Shown here piece after piece: positions 12,409-24,007 of a stretch of 64,000 nucleotides of DNA. The stretch is from Squalus acanthias (Eukaryota). A program made the position numbers and the translations under genes. Location of the stretch: NCBI GenBank assembly GCA_030390025.1, contig CM059431.1, positions 122,514,001 through 122,578,000 on the forward strand. The letters run 5' to 3'. The first letter of the stretch is position 1. Every line of letters starts with the position of its first letter. Below the pieces are notes generated by a model, which had not been told where the DNA came from, did not search any database, and worked only from the letters and a program-made list of their open reading frames with translations.

Positions 12409-13399
12409 AGCAAACTTGTATACATTACACTTGGTCCCTTCATCTAGGTCATTAATATAGATTGTAAATAACTGAGCCCCCAACACTGATCCTTGCGGCA
12501 CCCCACTAGTTACAGCCTGCCAACCTGAAAAAGATCCGTTTATCCCTACTCTCTGTTTTCTGTCCGTTAACCAATCCTCTATCCATGCTACTATATTACC
12601 CCCAACCCCATGAGCCCTAATCTTGTTTGCCTGACATGCAGGTCACCTCCAGCCATCCCCCTTCCACTGTGGCCTGGCTAGTATAATGGAAGCTATCAGA
12701 TCCTCCGAACAACCCTGAGATACAGCAGTCTGCATCCAATCTCTAATTTCCAAACATGCCCAACGAAATGCATGGCAGTTGGGCTACTAAATGAGCTGAC
12801 CCCATAGTGTTACTACACTGGTGTAACAAATTCTGTGGTTTACAATGCCACAACTTCTTCCAGACTACCATATCTGACCAATACTTTAATAATCTTTTGT
12901 CCATCTTCCCCATTCTTTCCACAAATATGTTATCTTAACAGTCCTTTCCTCATGTGCATCGACTCACACAGATTCCTATTTATGCCACAATATAATAAAG
13001 TTTAAGAAAATGATTGAGAGAGATGTAGATAATACAAAGACCTAAATAATAGATTGGAATAAACGCCAACTATGAGGGAATAAGGATGGAGTTGAGGAAG
13101 GTAAGCTGGACAAAAATACTGACAAAGAAGTCGGAAACACTGGCCATTATTTAAAGAAGAGATCAGTAGAGTTCAGGAGAAATATAGTTTACTAAAAAAT
13201 AAAAACAAACTAGTTTTCTATGTATTGCCAGGGGAGAATAGCAACAGATGTGGCAGATCCTGTGGCAAATCCAGAGATAGAAGAGAAAAAGAAAGTTGCA
13301 ATGGTTTGCTGATAAGCAGAGCTCACATGCCACTTTCAAAAGATGGGGTGACATGAGGGTTTCATGATATGGTTTATGCAGGGTACATAAGGAAGAAAA

Positions 13400-13940
13400 G
13401 CAGAATGTCATCCTGAATCTGCAGCTGCTATATACCTTCCTAGATCTCTGTGCCCGATACCCTCCATGGCCTCCCTTTAGAGGAAGCAGAATGCTTCCTT
13501 TTCACAGGGATTGCATTCTTGGAGATTTTGGGGTCACCCCACCTGTTGTAGATTTCTCCCTGATGTGATGGGCTCTCTTGTCATTGAAAAGAAAGCACAA
13601 AGGGCCAAATAACTTTTGGACCCCATGATATGAGGAGGAGGTAATTTTAAGTGTCAGAGATGCTTAGTACAGTGCATTCCTGGAAGGTACGGCTGGATCC
13701 TCTTACTTTGCTTGATCTGGCCAATTCACCAATGTTCTTCCAGCATTACCTGCCCATGCATAGTATAATGCAGATGGTACTCAGTACCATGGTTACTTCC
13801 TTATACTTTCAAAGATTAGTTTTCTTTGGAAGTCTGCATCACTCCATTCCAAACAGAGCCAGCCTCTTCTGCCTTACCTCATGTAACAGCATTTCCACAG
13901 CTGCATTCTAGAAGTGGGAGTAGCTCTTTGTTCTCCAGCT
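13400..13940 (-). pseudogene. Ancient Harbinger Myb/SANT gene relic
   Basis: AAVEMLLHEVRQKRLALFG, CWKNIGELARSSK|gtaag and DKRAHHIREKSTTGG resemble exons 1-2 of the younger Myb genes. Confidence 0.5.
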
Positions 13941-15222
13941 AACCTCACAGATATTTTTTAACTTACTTGGGCACAGCAAAAACAATAATAGTGCCTGGCC
14001 ATTCACCTCCATCAGGCCTTTACATCCTACAGCAGCACATTATTTCTTCTCCCCATTAACAGGCGAATCAGATGCATTTCTAATGTTTCTAGCATGTTGA
14101 GAGTGATATAATGAGGCTTATGATGTTGAAGAGCACCATGCGCACTCCACCATACTTCTGATTAGGATCATGCCCAACTGAAAAATCTAAGCTGCCAACT
14201 CCCACCGATTTTGCATAGGTTTCATGCAATCTTTCTCCCCAACTTTCTATCTCTTCTCATTTCCTTAATCCATTGATTGTTTGGTGGGATACGGTTCCAC
14301 AAGTGATGGTCACCCACATCGGCATTTCTCATCTGCGTTCTCATGTTATTTGACTGTGTTGGACAACGCAACCAGGTCTCATACTGTCTTCAACTAATGT
14401 CCAAATACATGGACTTTTAGCAGGGTACACTCGAAACTGATCAGGAGCAGGAACACTGGCTAACATTCCCCTGCCCAACCCAGGGCTCTGAGGCCAAATT
14501 AAGCACTCTACTGCTAGCTTGTCTATGATTACAGATCTCAGCAGGGTACAAGGATTGAACGTCAGATCTTCCTGGTTTATATGGAGTAGATTTTAACTTG
14601 CTGACAGAATGTAAAATTGCCATTGTGGACCAGCCGCCTGTTATAGAAACTGCCTGATTGTTATTTCCATTAATGGAAATCAAATCAGGGCAGTTTCAAT
14701 AATGGGCTGTGCAATTTTACGGCCTGGTGGCAAATTGAAAATCTCCCCCATGTCTCAGCTAGTCACATTTTAATTTTTGCACTCCCAATAGGGAGCCTCA
14801 CCCAGCAGGAGTGCCTATCAGAAATCTGGCAGTGCACAGTGGAACATTTTCCAACTATTTATTCAAATTGTCAGAAAATTATGTTCAGCATGCATCCACA
14901 TTTCTGACATGCACTGAATAAGGCTCCCCAACAGGAGTTCAAAGTTGGAAAATGATCCCAACTGTATCAACTAATGAGCCATTAGTGAAATTGTTAAGTC
15001 TCACTGTCATTGACCCATTATCACAATCTTTTTTCAAGTTAATCTTTCTCATCAGCGAGGCTGAGAAATACTTGGAAAGCACGTTTCTAGAAGTGGTCAC
15101 CCCGCTGTCTCAGAATGTGCAGGCGGAGAGGGAATGGTTGACCGCCAGACAGAGAAGGAGGACCAGGCAGGATTCCCCAGAGTGCATCTCACTCGCTAAC
15201 CAGTATTCAGTTCTGGAAACTG

Positions 15223-15831
15223 GTGGGGGTCATGGCTCCTATGGGGAGAGCAGCCAGAGCCAAGGCCACGGCACCACGGGTGACTCAGCTGCAAAGGGCG
15301 GGGGGGAGGAAGAAGAGTGGAAGAGCAATAGTGATAGGGGATTCATTGGTTAGGGAAACAGATAGGCGTTTCTGTGGACTCAGACATGACTCCAGGATGG
15401 TATGTTGCCTCCCTGGTGCCAGGGTCAAGGATGTCACTGAACGGCTGCAGGACATTCTGAGGGGGGAGGGTGAACAGCCAGAGGTCGTTGTCCATATCGG
15501 TACCAATGACATAGGCAGAAAGAGGGATGAGGTCCTGCAGGCAGACCATAGGGAGCTAGGAAAGAGATTAAAAAGCAGGACCTCAAAGGTAGTAATCTCC
15601 GGATTACTCCCGGTGCCACGTGCTAGTGAGTACAGGAATAGGAGGATAGAACCAATGAATGCGTGGCTGGAGAGATGGTGCAGGAGGGAGGGCTTTAGAT
15701 TCCTGAGGCATTGGGACCATTTCTGGGGAAGGTGGGACCTGTATAAGCCAGACGGGTTACACCTCAACAGACCTGGGACCAATATTCTCGTGGGGAGGTT
15801 TGCTAGTGCTATTGGGGAGGGTTTAAACTAG
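15223..15831 (+). CDS. CR1 ORF1 SGNH/GDSL esterase domain (N-terminus missing or frameshifted)
   Basis: IVIGDSLVR, CLPGA, HIGTND and DGLH blocks. Confidence 0.85.
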   Translation: MGVMAPMGRAARAKATAPRVTQLQRAGGRKKSGRAIVIGDSLVRETDRRFCGLRHDSRMVCCLPGARVKDVTERLQDILRGEGEQPEVVVHIGTNDIGRKRDEVLQADHRELGKRLKSRTSKVVISGLLPVPRASEYRNRRIEPMNAWLERWCRREGFRFLRHWDHFWGRWDLYKPDGLHLNRPGTNILVGRFASAIGEGLN

Positions 15832-16579
15832 CTTGGCAGGGGGCTGGGCACCAGCATATAGGAGCAGAAAAGAGGAATAAGGTGCATAAAAGAGTGAGTG
15901 TGTTGGATAGTACTAGAGACGAAAGTAGTACTAGAGGCGGAAGTAGTACCATATTAGATAGGAGCAGACTAAGAAAGACTACGAAAAATTCAAATATGGG
16001 TTTTGAATGCATGTACGTAAACACACAAAGTGTGGTGAATAAGGTTGGTGAGCTACAAGCACAATTAGCCGTGTGGCAATATGATGTTGTGGCAATAATG
16101 GAAACGTAGCTTAAAAACAGTGAGGACTGGGCACTTAATATTCAAGGGTACAAGGTGTTCAGAAAAGTTAGGGAAGGAATAAAGGGAGGTGGGGTGGCAG
16201 TGCTGATTAAGGAAGACATTGTAGTGTTGGAAAGGGAGGATGCTCTTGAGGGGACAAGGACAGAATCCATTTGGTTAGAGTTGAGGAGCAAAAAGGGTAT
16301 GATTCCGCTATTGGGGATATTCTACAGGCCTCCAAATAGTGAGAGGGAGGTAGAGGAGCAATTCTGCAGGGAAATCGCAGAGATATGCAAGAGCTATAGA
16401 GTGGTGATATTGGGGGACTTTAATTACCCAAATATCAATTGGGATAATGCTAGGGTAAAGGGAAAGGAGGGGGAGGAATTTCTGAAATGTGTTCAGGAGA
16501 ATTTCCTTGACCAATATGGAAGGACAAAAGTGAGAAGTCGCACAACACCAGGTTATAGTCCAACAGCTTTATTTGAAAT

Positions 16580-16614
16580 CACAAGTTTTCGGACCGCTGC
16601 TCCTTCGTCAGGTG
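16580..16614 (-). ncRNA. Second hammerhead ribozyme copy (mutated)
   Basis: Reverse complement CAC-CTGACGA-AGGAGCAGCGGTCC-GAAA-ACTT-GTG; one stem II and one stem III substitution. Confidence 0.6.
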
Positions 16615-16619
16615 CACTT

Positions 16620-16654
16620 CACCTGATGAAGGAGCAGCGCTCCGAAAGCTTGTG
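16620..16654 (+). ncRNA. Minimal type I hammerhead ribozyme
   Basis: CAC-CTGATGA-A-GGAGC(AGC)GCTCC-GAAA-GCTT-GTG: catalytic core boxes, stem II, palindromic AAGCTT stem III, CAC/GTG stem I. Confidence 0.75.
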
Positions 16655-16929
16655 ATTTCAAATAAAGCTGTTGGACTATAACCTGGTGTTGTGCGACTTC
16701 TCACTTTTGTCCACCCCAGTCCAACACCGGCATCTCCGCAATATGGAAGGAGGCATTGCTGGATCTGGTGCTGGGGAATGAGATGGGCCAGGTCGATCAA
16801 GTGTCTGTGGGAGAACACTTGGGTACGAGTGATCATCGTATCATAAGATTTAGATTGGCAATGGAGAGTAGCAAGGAACAATTTAGAGTGGACCTTCTAA
16901 ACTGGAATAGGACTAACTTCAATGGGATG

Positions 16930-17035
16930 TGGTTCAAGAAGGCGGCTCACCACCACCTTCGCAAGGGCAATTAGGGATGGACAATAAATGCTGGCCTTGC
17001 CAGCGATGCCCACATCCCATGAAAACAAATTTTAA
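16930..17035 (+). mobile_element. Short LINE/SINE 3'-tail insertion in CR1
   Basis: GCAATTAGGGATGG(A/G)CAATAAATGCTGGCCTT tail shared with 56190-56280 and inverted at about 46850-46900. Confidence 0.7.
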
Positions 17036-19185
17036 AAAACTAGCCAGAGTAAAATGGAACCAAAGACTGACAGGAAAAACTGTAACGGAACAATGGGAGA
17101 TCTTTAAGGAGGAGATGTTCCAAGTACAGGCTAGGTACATTCCAACAAGAGGGAAGGGTAAGGGAACAAAAGCAAGGGCTTATTGGATGACAAGGGAGAT
17201 AGAGAAGATGATGAAACAAAAAAAGAGGGTGTATGATGAATGTCAGGTGAATTCTTCAAGGGAGAACCAGACCAAATACAATAAGTTGAGATGGGAAGTG
17301 AAGATGAAAATAAGATTGGCAAAGAGAGAATATGAGAGTAGAATGGCGGTTAACATAAAAGGGAACCCCAAAATCTTCTACCAGCATGTAAACAGTAAGC
17401 GGGTAATAAGAGGCGGGGTGGGGCCTATTAGGGACAAAGAGGGTGATATATGCTTGGAGCTGGCAAGGCTAGAATACTCAATGAGTACTTTGTATCAGTG
17501 TTTACTAAGGAGGTGGATGCTGACAAAATATCAGTAGTAGTGGAAACGGTAGAAGCAATGGAAGGGGTGAAAATTGATAGACAGGATGTACTAGAAAGGC
17601 TGGGAATGCTTAGAGTGGATAAGTCGCCTGATCCAGATGGCTTGCATCCCAGGTTGCTAAGGGAATTGGGGGAGGAGATAGCAGAAGGGCTTGCCATATT
17701 TTTCCAATCTTCCCTAGATGCGGGGGAGGTGCCTGAGGATTAGAAAGTGGCAAATGTGACACCATTGTTCAAGAAAGGGTGTAAGGACAATCCTAGTAAC
17801 TACAGGCTGGTCAATTTAACATCAGTGGTGGGTAAAGATTTAGAAACAATAATCAAGCAAAATGAACGGGCACTTGGAGAGGTTTAAGCTAACTAAGGAG
17901 AGCCAACACGGATTTGTAAAAGGCAGATCGTGTTTGACTAATCTAATTGAATTTTTTGATGAAGTAACAGGGAGGATTGATGAAGGGAATGCAATGGATG
18001 TTGTCTACATGGATTTTCAGAAGGCGTTTGACAAAGTACCATGTAGAAGGCTGGTTAACAAAATTGTGGCTCATGGAACAGGTGGGTCAGTGGCAGCTTG
18101 GATAAGGAATTGGCTTAAGGACAGAAAACAGCGAGTTGTGGTAAATGGCTGTTTTTCAGACTGGAGGATGGTAGACAGTGGTGTTCCCCAAGGGTCAGTG
18201 CTGCGTCCACTGCTTTTTTTGATATATATATAAATTACCTGGATATTGGAATACAGAGTAGAATTTCTAAATGTGCCGATGACACCACACTTGGGGGTGT
18301 GGCAAACAGTGAGGATGATACCAATCGACTGCAACAGGACATAGAAAGGCTAGCAGAATGGGCAGACAAGTGGCAGATGGAATTTAATACAAAGAACTGT
18401 GAGGTGATGCATTTTGGCAGAAGGAACAGGGAGAGGCAATATACACTTAATGGCACAGTTTTAAAGAGTGTGCAGGGACAGAGGGACCTGGGAGTTAATG
18501 TGCATAGGGCCCTGAAGCTGGCGGGAAATATTGAGAGAGTAGTTAGCAAAGCATATGGGATCTTGGGCTTCATATATAGAGGTATTGAGTACAAAAGTAG
18601 AGAAGTTATGCTGAACCTTTATAAAGTGCTGGTTAGGCCACAACTGGAGTATTGCGTCCAGTTCTGGTCACCACACTTTAGGAAGGATGTGAAAGCACTT
18701 GAGAGGGTGCAGAGGAGATTTACCAGAATGGTTCTGGGGATGGGAGATCTTAGCTGCAAGGATAGGTTGGAGAAGCTGGATTTGTTTTCATTAGAGCAAA
18801 GGAGGTTGCGAGGTCATTTGATAGAGGTGTACAAGATTATGATGGGTTTGGATAGGCTAGACGGGGTAAGGCTGTTCCCACTAGTTGATGGTACAAGTAC
18901 TAGGGGACACAGATTTAAGGTTTTGGGCAACAGATACAGGGGGAATGTGAGGAAAAGCTTTTTTATGCAGCGAGTGGTGAGGACCTGGAACTCGCTGCCG
19001 ACGGAAGTGGTGGAAGGGGACACACTCAATGTTTTCAAGGGAAGACTGGATAGGCACTTGAGGGAAATAAACTTGCAGGGCTACGGGGATAGAGCAGGGG
19101 AATGGGACTGACTTGGTCGCGCTACAGAGAGCCGGCATGGACTCAATGGCCCGAATGGCCTCCTTCTGTGCCGTTATGACTCTAT

Positions 19186-20077
19186 GGGGGAAAAATTCAG
19201 TTGGTTGCGCCTCCCGTTAGCACCTTAAGAGGGCGCTAATGGGGCACAAAGCAACTAGTGCCCGGGCGCGGTGATGTTTGTGCCGCTCACGCAATTAAAT
19301 AGACATTTGCGGCGGCGCTAAACACTACTGCCACGATCTCCTGCGACGGCAGATCGTGATGTCAGTCGAGTGCGCAATGCCCCGGTAGCGCCCCGGAGCG
19401 GATATTGAGTGGCGCCCCCTCCCTTACCGCCTGCCGCTAGCAACGACAGGTTGAGGGGAGCGTTTTGCAGTCAGGAAGGGACTGCGGGAGCGCTATTTAA
19501 AGACGACCGCTTCCTGCCTTTTTTTGTTGGTGACGTTTTTGAACCACGCATTCTGAGAGAGAGAGAGAGAGACTTCTGGAGAGATTCAATGCTGTGTGAA
19601 GGAGTTTTGGGTACTGAGCAGCACTTTGCAGGTTCATTTTGATTTGCCCTTCATTGTATCAATTTAGAAGAGACTGTTGGGGCTGCACTCTGAGCTCTTT
19701 CCCTGGTTCTCTCCATTGTTCTTTCCAGCAGATTTGATGTACAGGTCTCTCCAGGCCGAGATTCAAGGCTGCAATGAGCAGGATGTGGATGGAAAGCAAG
19801 ATTAACCATCCCCTTTAAGAACTGGTCGGCGCCATTGTGTGTGTGTTCCATTGCTGACTGACATCACATGAGCTTTGCCAGCACTCTGAGTTAGCGCCTC
19901 GCTCCTCGGCCTTTGCGCCTTAAGACAGATGTGTAGCGCCTGATTTAGCGCTCCAATCACCTCCAGGGGCGATAAAAGTCAAGTTTGCAGTCGGAGGCGA
20001 TAATTAGCGCCAGGCGCTAATTTTTGCGCCCGGCCGATAATGGCGCCCCAAATGGGGCGATACTGAATTTCTCCCCC
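19186..20077 (+). mobile_element. Non-autonomous Harbinger family A, complete (892 bp)
   Basis: TIRs GGGGGAAAAATTCAG / CTGAATTTCTCCCCC; TAT TSD; both ends homologous to 20096-24366. Confidence 0.95.
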
Positions 20078-20606
20078 TATGACTTATGACTCTATGGGGT
20101 AAAAATTCAGTTGGTTGCGCCTCCCGTTAGCGCCTTAAGAGGGCGCTAATGGGGCGCAAAGCCGCTAGCGCCCAGGCGCAGCGATGTTTGCGCCGCTCGG
20201 GAACTTAACTAGACATTGTGCGGCGGCGCTAAACCTTACCGCCGCGACCACCTGCGCGCGCAGATTGTGACGTCATTCCATGGTGCAACGCCCTTGTGGC
20301 GCCTCGGAGCGGAAATTGAGTGGCGCCCCCTGCCTTCCCGCCTGGCGCATCCAACGACCGGAAGACTGGAACGCTATCAATCGCTGTGGGGCTGGGGGGG
20401 GCACTATTTAAAGGGGGCCTCTTCCTGTCTTTTTCTGTGGTTGACATTTTTGCACCACTCATTCTGAGAGAGAGAGAGAGATTCGGAGAGAGAGAAAGAG
20501 AGACTTCTGCATTGAGTCAACGCTTTGTGAGGTAGTTTTGCCCACTGATCCTAACTTCGCTGCTACTTTGGTTGCTGTCCTTCATAACTTTGCTTGCAAA
20601 GAGACT

Positions 20607-21767
20607 ATGGGGGCTGCACTGATTGGGGGCGTCGTCCTGCTCCAGCTGAATCGGAGGACATAGAGACGCAGAGAGAGAGTGGCAATGATGGCCAGACGGA
20701 GGAGGGCCAACAGGCGTATGTACAGGAGAGCTTACCCTCCCAGGGTATATCGTGAACAGCTCTCCTACATTCATATGTCTGAGGAGCTGTGTTTGCGAAG
20801 GCTGCGATTCAGCAAGGAGGTGGTCACTGAGCTCTGCCAGCTGCTGCAGCCAGATCTGCAGCCTCAACTGAGGTCCAGGACGTCTCTGTCGGTGGCAGTG
20901 AAGGTCACAGTGGCTCTCAACTTCTATGCTACTGGCTGATTTCAACCTGCTGCTGGGGACCTCGCCAATATCTCCCAGTTCGCGGTGCATTGCTGCATCC
21001 GGCAGGTCACAAATGCCCTCTTTAAAAAGAGACGAGAGTTCCTCTCTTTCCCCATGACCCCAGACAAGCAGCGTGACCGCGCTCTGGGCTTTGCGAGGAT
21101 AGCGGGCTTCCCCATGGTGCAGGGCGCCATTGACTGCACGCATGTGGCTTTGCGTGCTCCACATGAGAATGCCGAGGAATTCCGGAACAGAAAGGGGTTC
21201 CATTCCTTGAATGTTCAGTTGGTCTGTGACCACAGACAGCTGATACTCGCTGTCAATGCCCATTATCCTGGCAGCTGCCACGATGCTTTCATTCTGCACC
21301 AGACTACTGTGGCAGAACTTTTCGAGGCACCGCATCAGCCAGTTGGTTGGCTTTTCGGGGACAAGGGGTATCCATTGAGCACCTGGCTGATGACACCGCT
21401 CCATACGCCCAAAACCCCTGCTGAGCTGCGGTACAATGAGAGCCATCAAGCTACCAGGAACATCATTGAGCGCACAATCGGCGTGCTGAAGCAACGGTTC
21501 CGCTGTCTCGACCATTCTGGAGGAGCCCTGCAGTACTCGCCTGAGCGAGTATCCAACTTCGTAGTTGTGTGCTGCATGTTGCATAACATGGCAATCGTCA
21601 GGACCCAGCCAATGCCACCAGGCCTTGGAGCACCACCAGAGGAGGAGGAGGAAGAGGAGGAAGAGGACGAGGAGGATGATCATCAGCAGCACCAAGGCGG
21701 GAGGGCAGCCCACAATGGTGAAACTGCAAGGGCCGTCCGTCAACGGCTGATAGCAAGCCGCTTCTAG
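20607..21767 (+). pseudogene. Harbinger (HARBI1-like) DDE transposase with two in-frame stops
   Basis: GAIDCTH, NRKGFHSLNVQLVCD, GSCHDAFIL, GDKGYPL, IERTIGVLKQRFRCL, CCMLHN; single frame from ATG 20607 with TAG at 20661 and TGA at 20937. Confidence 0.93.
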
Positions 21768-22079
21768 GGCCCCTGCTGTGGAAATGGCTTCTGCCATTGC
21801 TAACAACATCAATGAACCCAGCACGCAACCCCTAAGCCAGCCAAGGCACTAATGATTCCAAACACCAAACATGTATATTTTGAATACAAAAACTTATTTA
21901 TTTTACAAACTCTGTGTGTGTCATTTCCTCATGACAAACTCATAGAAATAAACACAAAAAAACAGTCATTAACATAACTGGTTCTCACAACCTGGTGATA
22001 ATGTCCAAAACACTAAACAAAAGTTGGACCACGAACCTCAGCCTTTAATAAAAAAATGATGAGCATTTTGTCACACCTC

Positions 22080-24007
22080 CTACTTTTTGCCCTTCGAGGG
22101 TGATCTCCTTCCCTTGCACACTTCCCCCCTTCTAACCCTACTGCTCCTCCGCAATGGGACCTCAGTGGCTGCAGCAAGGCTGGTGGAAGGCTGCTGATCA
22201 TCAGACCCTGACACTGCAGATGCCCCTGAAGGATGGCCTCGACCAGTTCTGGGCCTGGAGGGCCCGGCTGCAGACTGCACCAACTCTGCATGGGCGGCAG
22301 CAGTCTGTCCTACAGGCGGTGGCAAGTGCAGTGGAGAAGTGACAGTGTTGGCAGCAGGAATGCTGTCATCGTGAGAGAAGACAGCAACTCCCTGCTCGAC
22401 CGACAAACTGGCACTCCCACGGGGCAGCACTTCAGCATCCGGAGCAATCTGCTGGAGCACAGATTGCTGGCCTGCTGTGGCGCGGTGAGAGCCCCGGGGA
22501 CATGTGAACGAACCATCGAGGTTGGCAGCAGTCAGTGCTCGCGTGGCCTCAATCTGAGTCTGCATGAGAGCAGTCAGAGATGGGATCACGGCAGTCAGTG
22601 ACTGAATTGCAGCACTAAGCTTTAGTGTGGCATCCACCTGTGCTACAGCGAAGTGCTCCACACTCCTTGCCATTGACTCAATGCATTCGGGCACCCTTCC
22701 CACTGCACCCATGAGCTCAGTGTGCATGCCCACCGCCTGGATGTTCATTTCTGCGATCAGCCGCTCCTCCTCTGCGTCCATTGCAGTAGGAGTCGCTGGC
22801 ATACTCTCCCTCTGGGGAGAAGGCCCCCGTTCTTCCCTACCCCCATGGCGTTGCTGCAGCCCACTGGGTCCTGGAGCTTCACCCTCATCAGACTCTTCCC
22901 CCCTGCTCCCCTCCAGGGAAGGCGTGTTCCCAGTGTGGGCATGGGCTTCCTCGGGAGAGGGTAGCACTGATGCTCCGGCTTCCTCTTCCTCCTCGGCTGC
23001 AGCTTCACTCCCACTGGCAGCTTCAGGGCCCGTCTCCTCAGCTGGTGAATCACCATCTGAAAGCAGGGAGGTACAAGAGTGGCTTTAGCGTGAGGACAGG
23101 GTGGCAGTAAGGGAGGAATAAGTGCAGCGAGTTAGCAAGTTGGATTGAAAGTGTCAAAGGCTGGTGTTGTGAGGGACAAGTGGAAGGACAGAGGACAAAA
23201 AGGTAATGACCTTACCATTGCTGTCCAGAACGGGGTCGGCGTCTCCAGTGGCAACGGGACCGATCACCCGGCTTGCCACAATCCTGTGGACGCGCTCCTC
23301 AAGATCGCTGAAGGGTTGCAGCTGAGGCCGCCCTCCACCTGTCCGTTGCTGCTGTCTCCTATTATGCGCCAGCTTGGCCTGCAAGAAAAAGGACAGCATC
23401 TGAGTAAATATACAGCCATGGTCTTGCCTGATGTGCCTCCCATAGGTGAATAGCCCTTACTGTATACAGCCATGGTCTTGCCTGATGTGCCTCGCATAGG
23501 TGAATAGCCCTTACTGTATACAGCCATGGTCTTACCTGATGTGCCTCCCAGAGGTGAATAGCCCTTACTGTATGCAGCCATGGTCTTGCCTGATGTGCCT
23601 CCCATAGGTGAATAGCCCTTACTGTATGCAAAGTGTGGAATGTGTGTGTGTGTTTCATGAAAGGGCCATAGGTGTTGGATGAGTGTTGTGCATTGGGGTT
23701 TTAAGACCCTCTGGCCATAGAGTGAGGTTGAGATGGAGGGATGGAGAGGTATTGAGAAAAAGCCACTCACCCTGACGACCCGAGTGAGGTCGTTGAACTT
23801 TTTGCGGCATTGAACATGGGTCCTAGGCACCATGCTCCTGGAGGAGACGCTCTGAGCCACCTCCCTCCACACTCTTCTGTACTGGCGTGGCAAAGGCCTC
23901 CTGCCACTCTCAGGGAAGAGTATACATCTTCAGCGCTCCACCGCGCCAACCAGAGCATCCAAGGCCCGCTCGGTGAAGCGCTGAGCTCGTTCTCTCACCC
24001 TCTCCAT
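22080..24007 (-). pseudogene. Harbinger Myb/SANT DNA-binding protein gene, three exons (24007-23771, 23378-23216, 23056-22080)
   Basis: RAQRFTERALDALV..WREVAQSVS..RTHVQCRKKFNDL|gtgagt; cag|AKLAHNRRQQQRTGGG..|gtaag; GT-AG introns preserve frame; one TGA in exon 1. Confidence 0.88.
23409..23628. repeat. 54-bp tandem repeat x4 in Myb intron 1
   Basis: Unit TATACAGCCATGGTCTTGCCTGATGTGCCTCCCATAGGTGAATAGCCCTTACTG with few substitutions. Confidence 0.95.

Larger units (their letters stand above)
10554..12630 (-). mobile_element. 5'-truncated CR1 LINE interrupted by a MITE and an LTR fragment
   Basis: [18 protein letters not shown] (ORF 12256-12501), RPHLEYCAQFWSP (ORF 10740-11249), CR1 3' tail at 10554-10640. 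Confidence 0.9.
16522..16738. mobile_element. Penelope-type inverted pLTR palindrome inserted in CR1 ORF2
   Basis: Near-perfect inverted repeat 16522-16712; flanked by direct repeat CAATATGGAAGGA (16512-16524 and 16739-16751). Confidence 0.75.
15050..19185 (+). mobile_element. Near full-length CR1 LINE, ORF2 disrupted
   Basis: ORF1 esterase plus APE endonuclease (YRPPN, GDFNYP) and RT (QHGF, YMDFQKAFDKV, PQGSVL, ADD); stops, frameshifts and insertions; (TATGACTC)n tail. Confidence 0.95.

Noticed and set aside
20517..21824. 435-aa minus-strand ORF with a hydrophobic stretch
   Set aside because: Antisense shadow of the GC-rich transposase; the Leu run is the complement of its poly-Glu codons
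23409..23628. CRISPR-like array
   Set aside because: Contiguous tandem units without unique spacers; eukaryotic context; no cas genes
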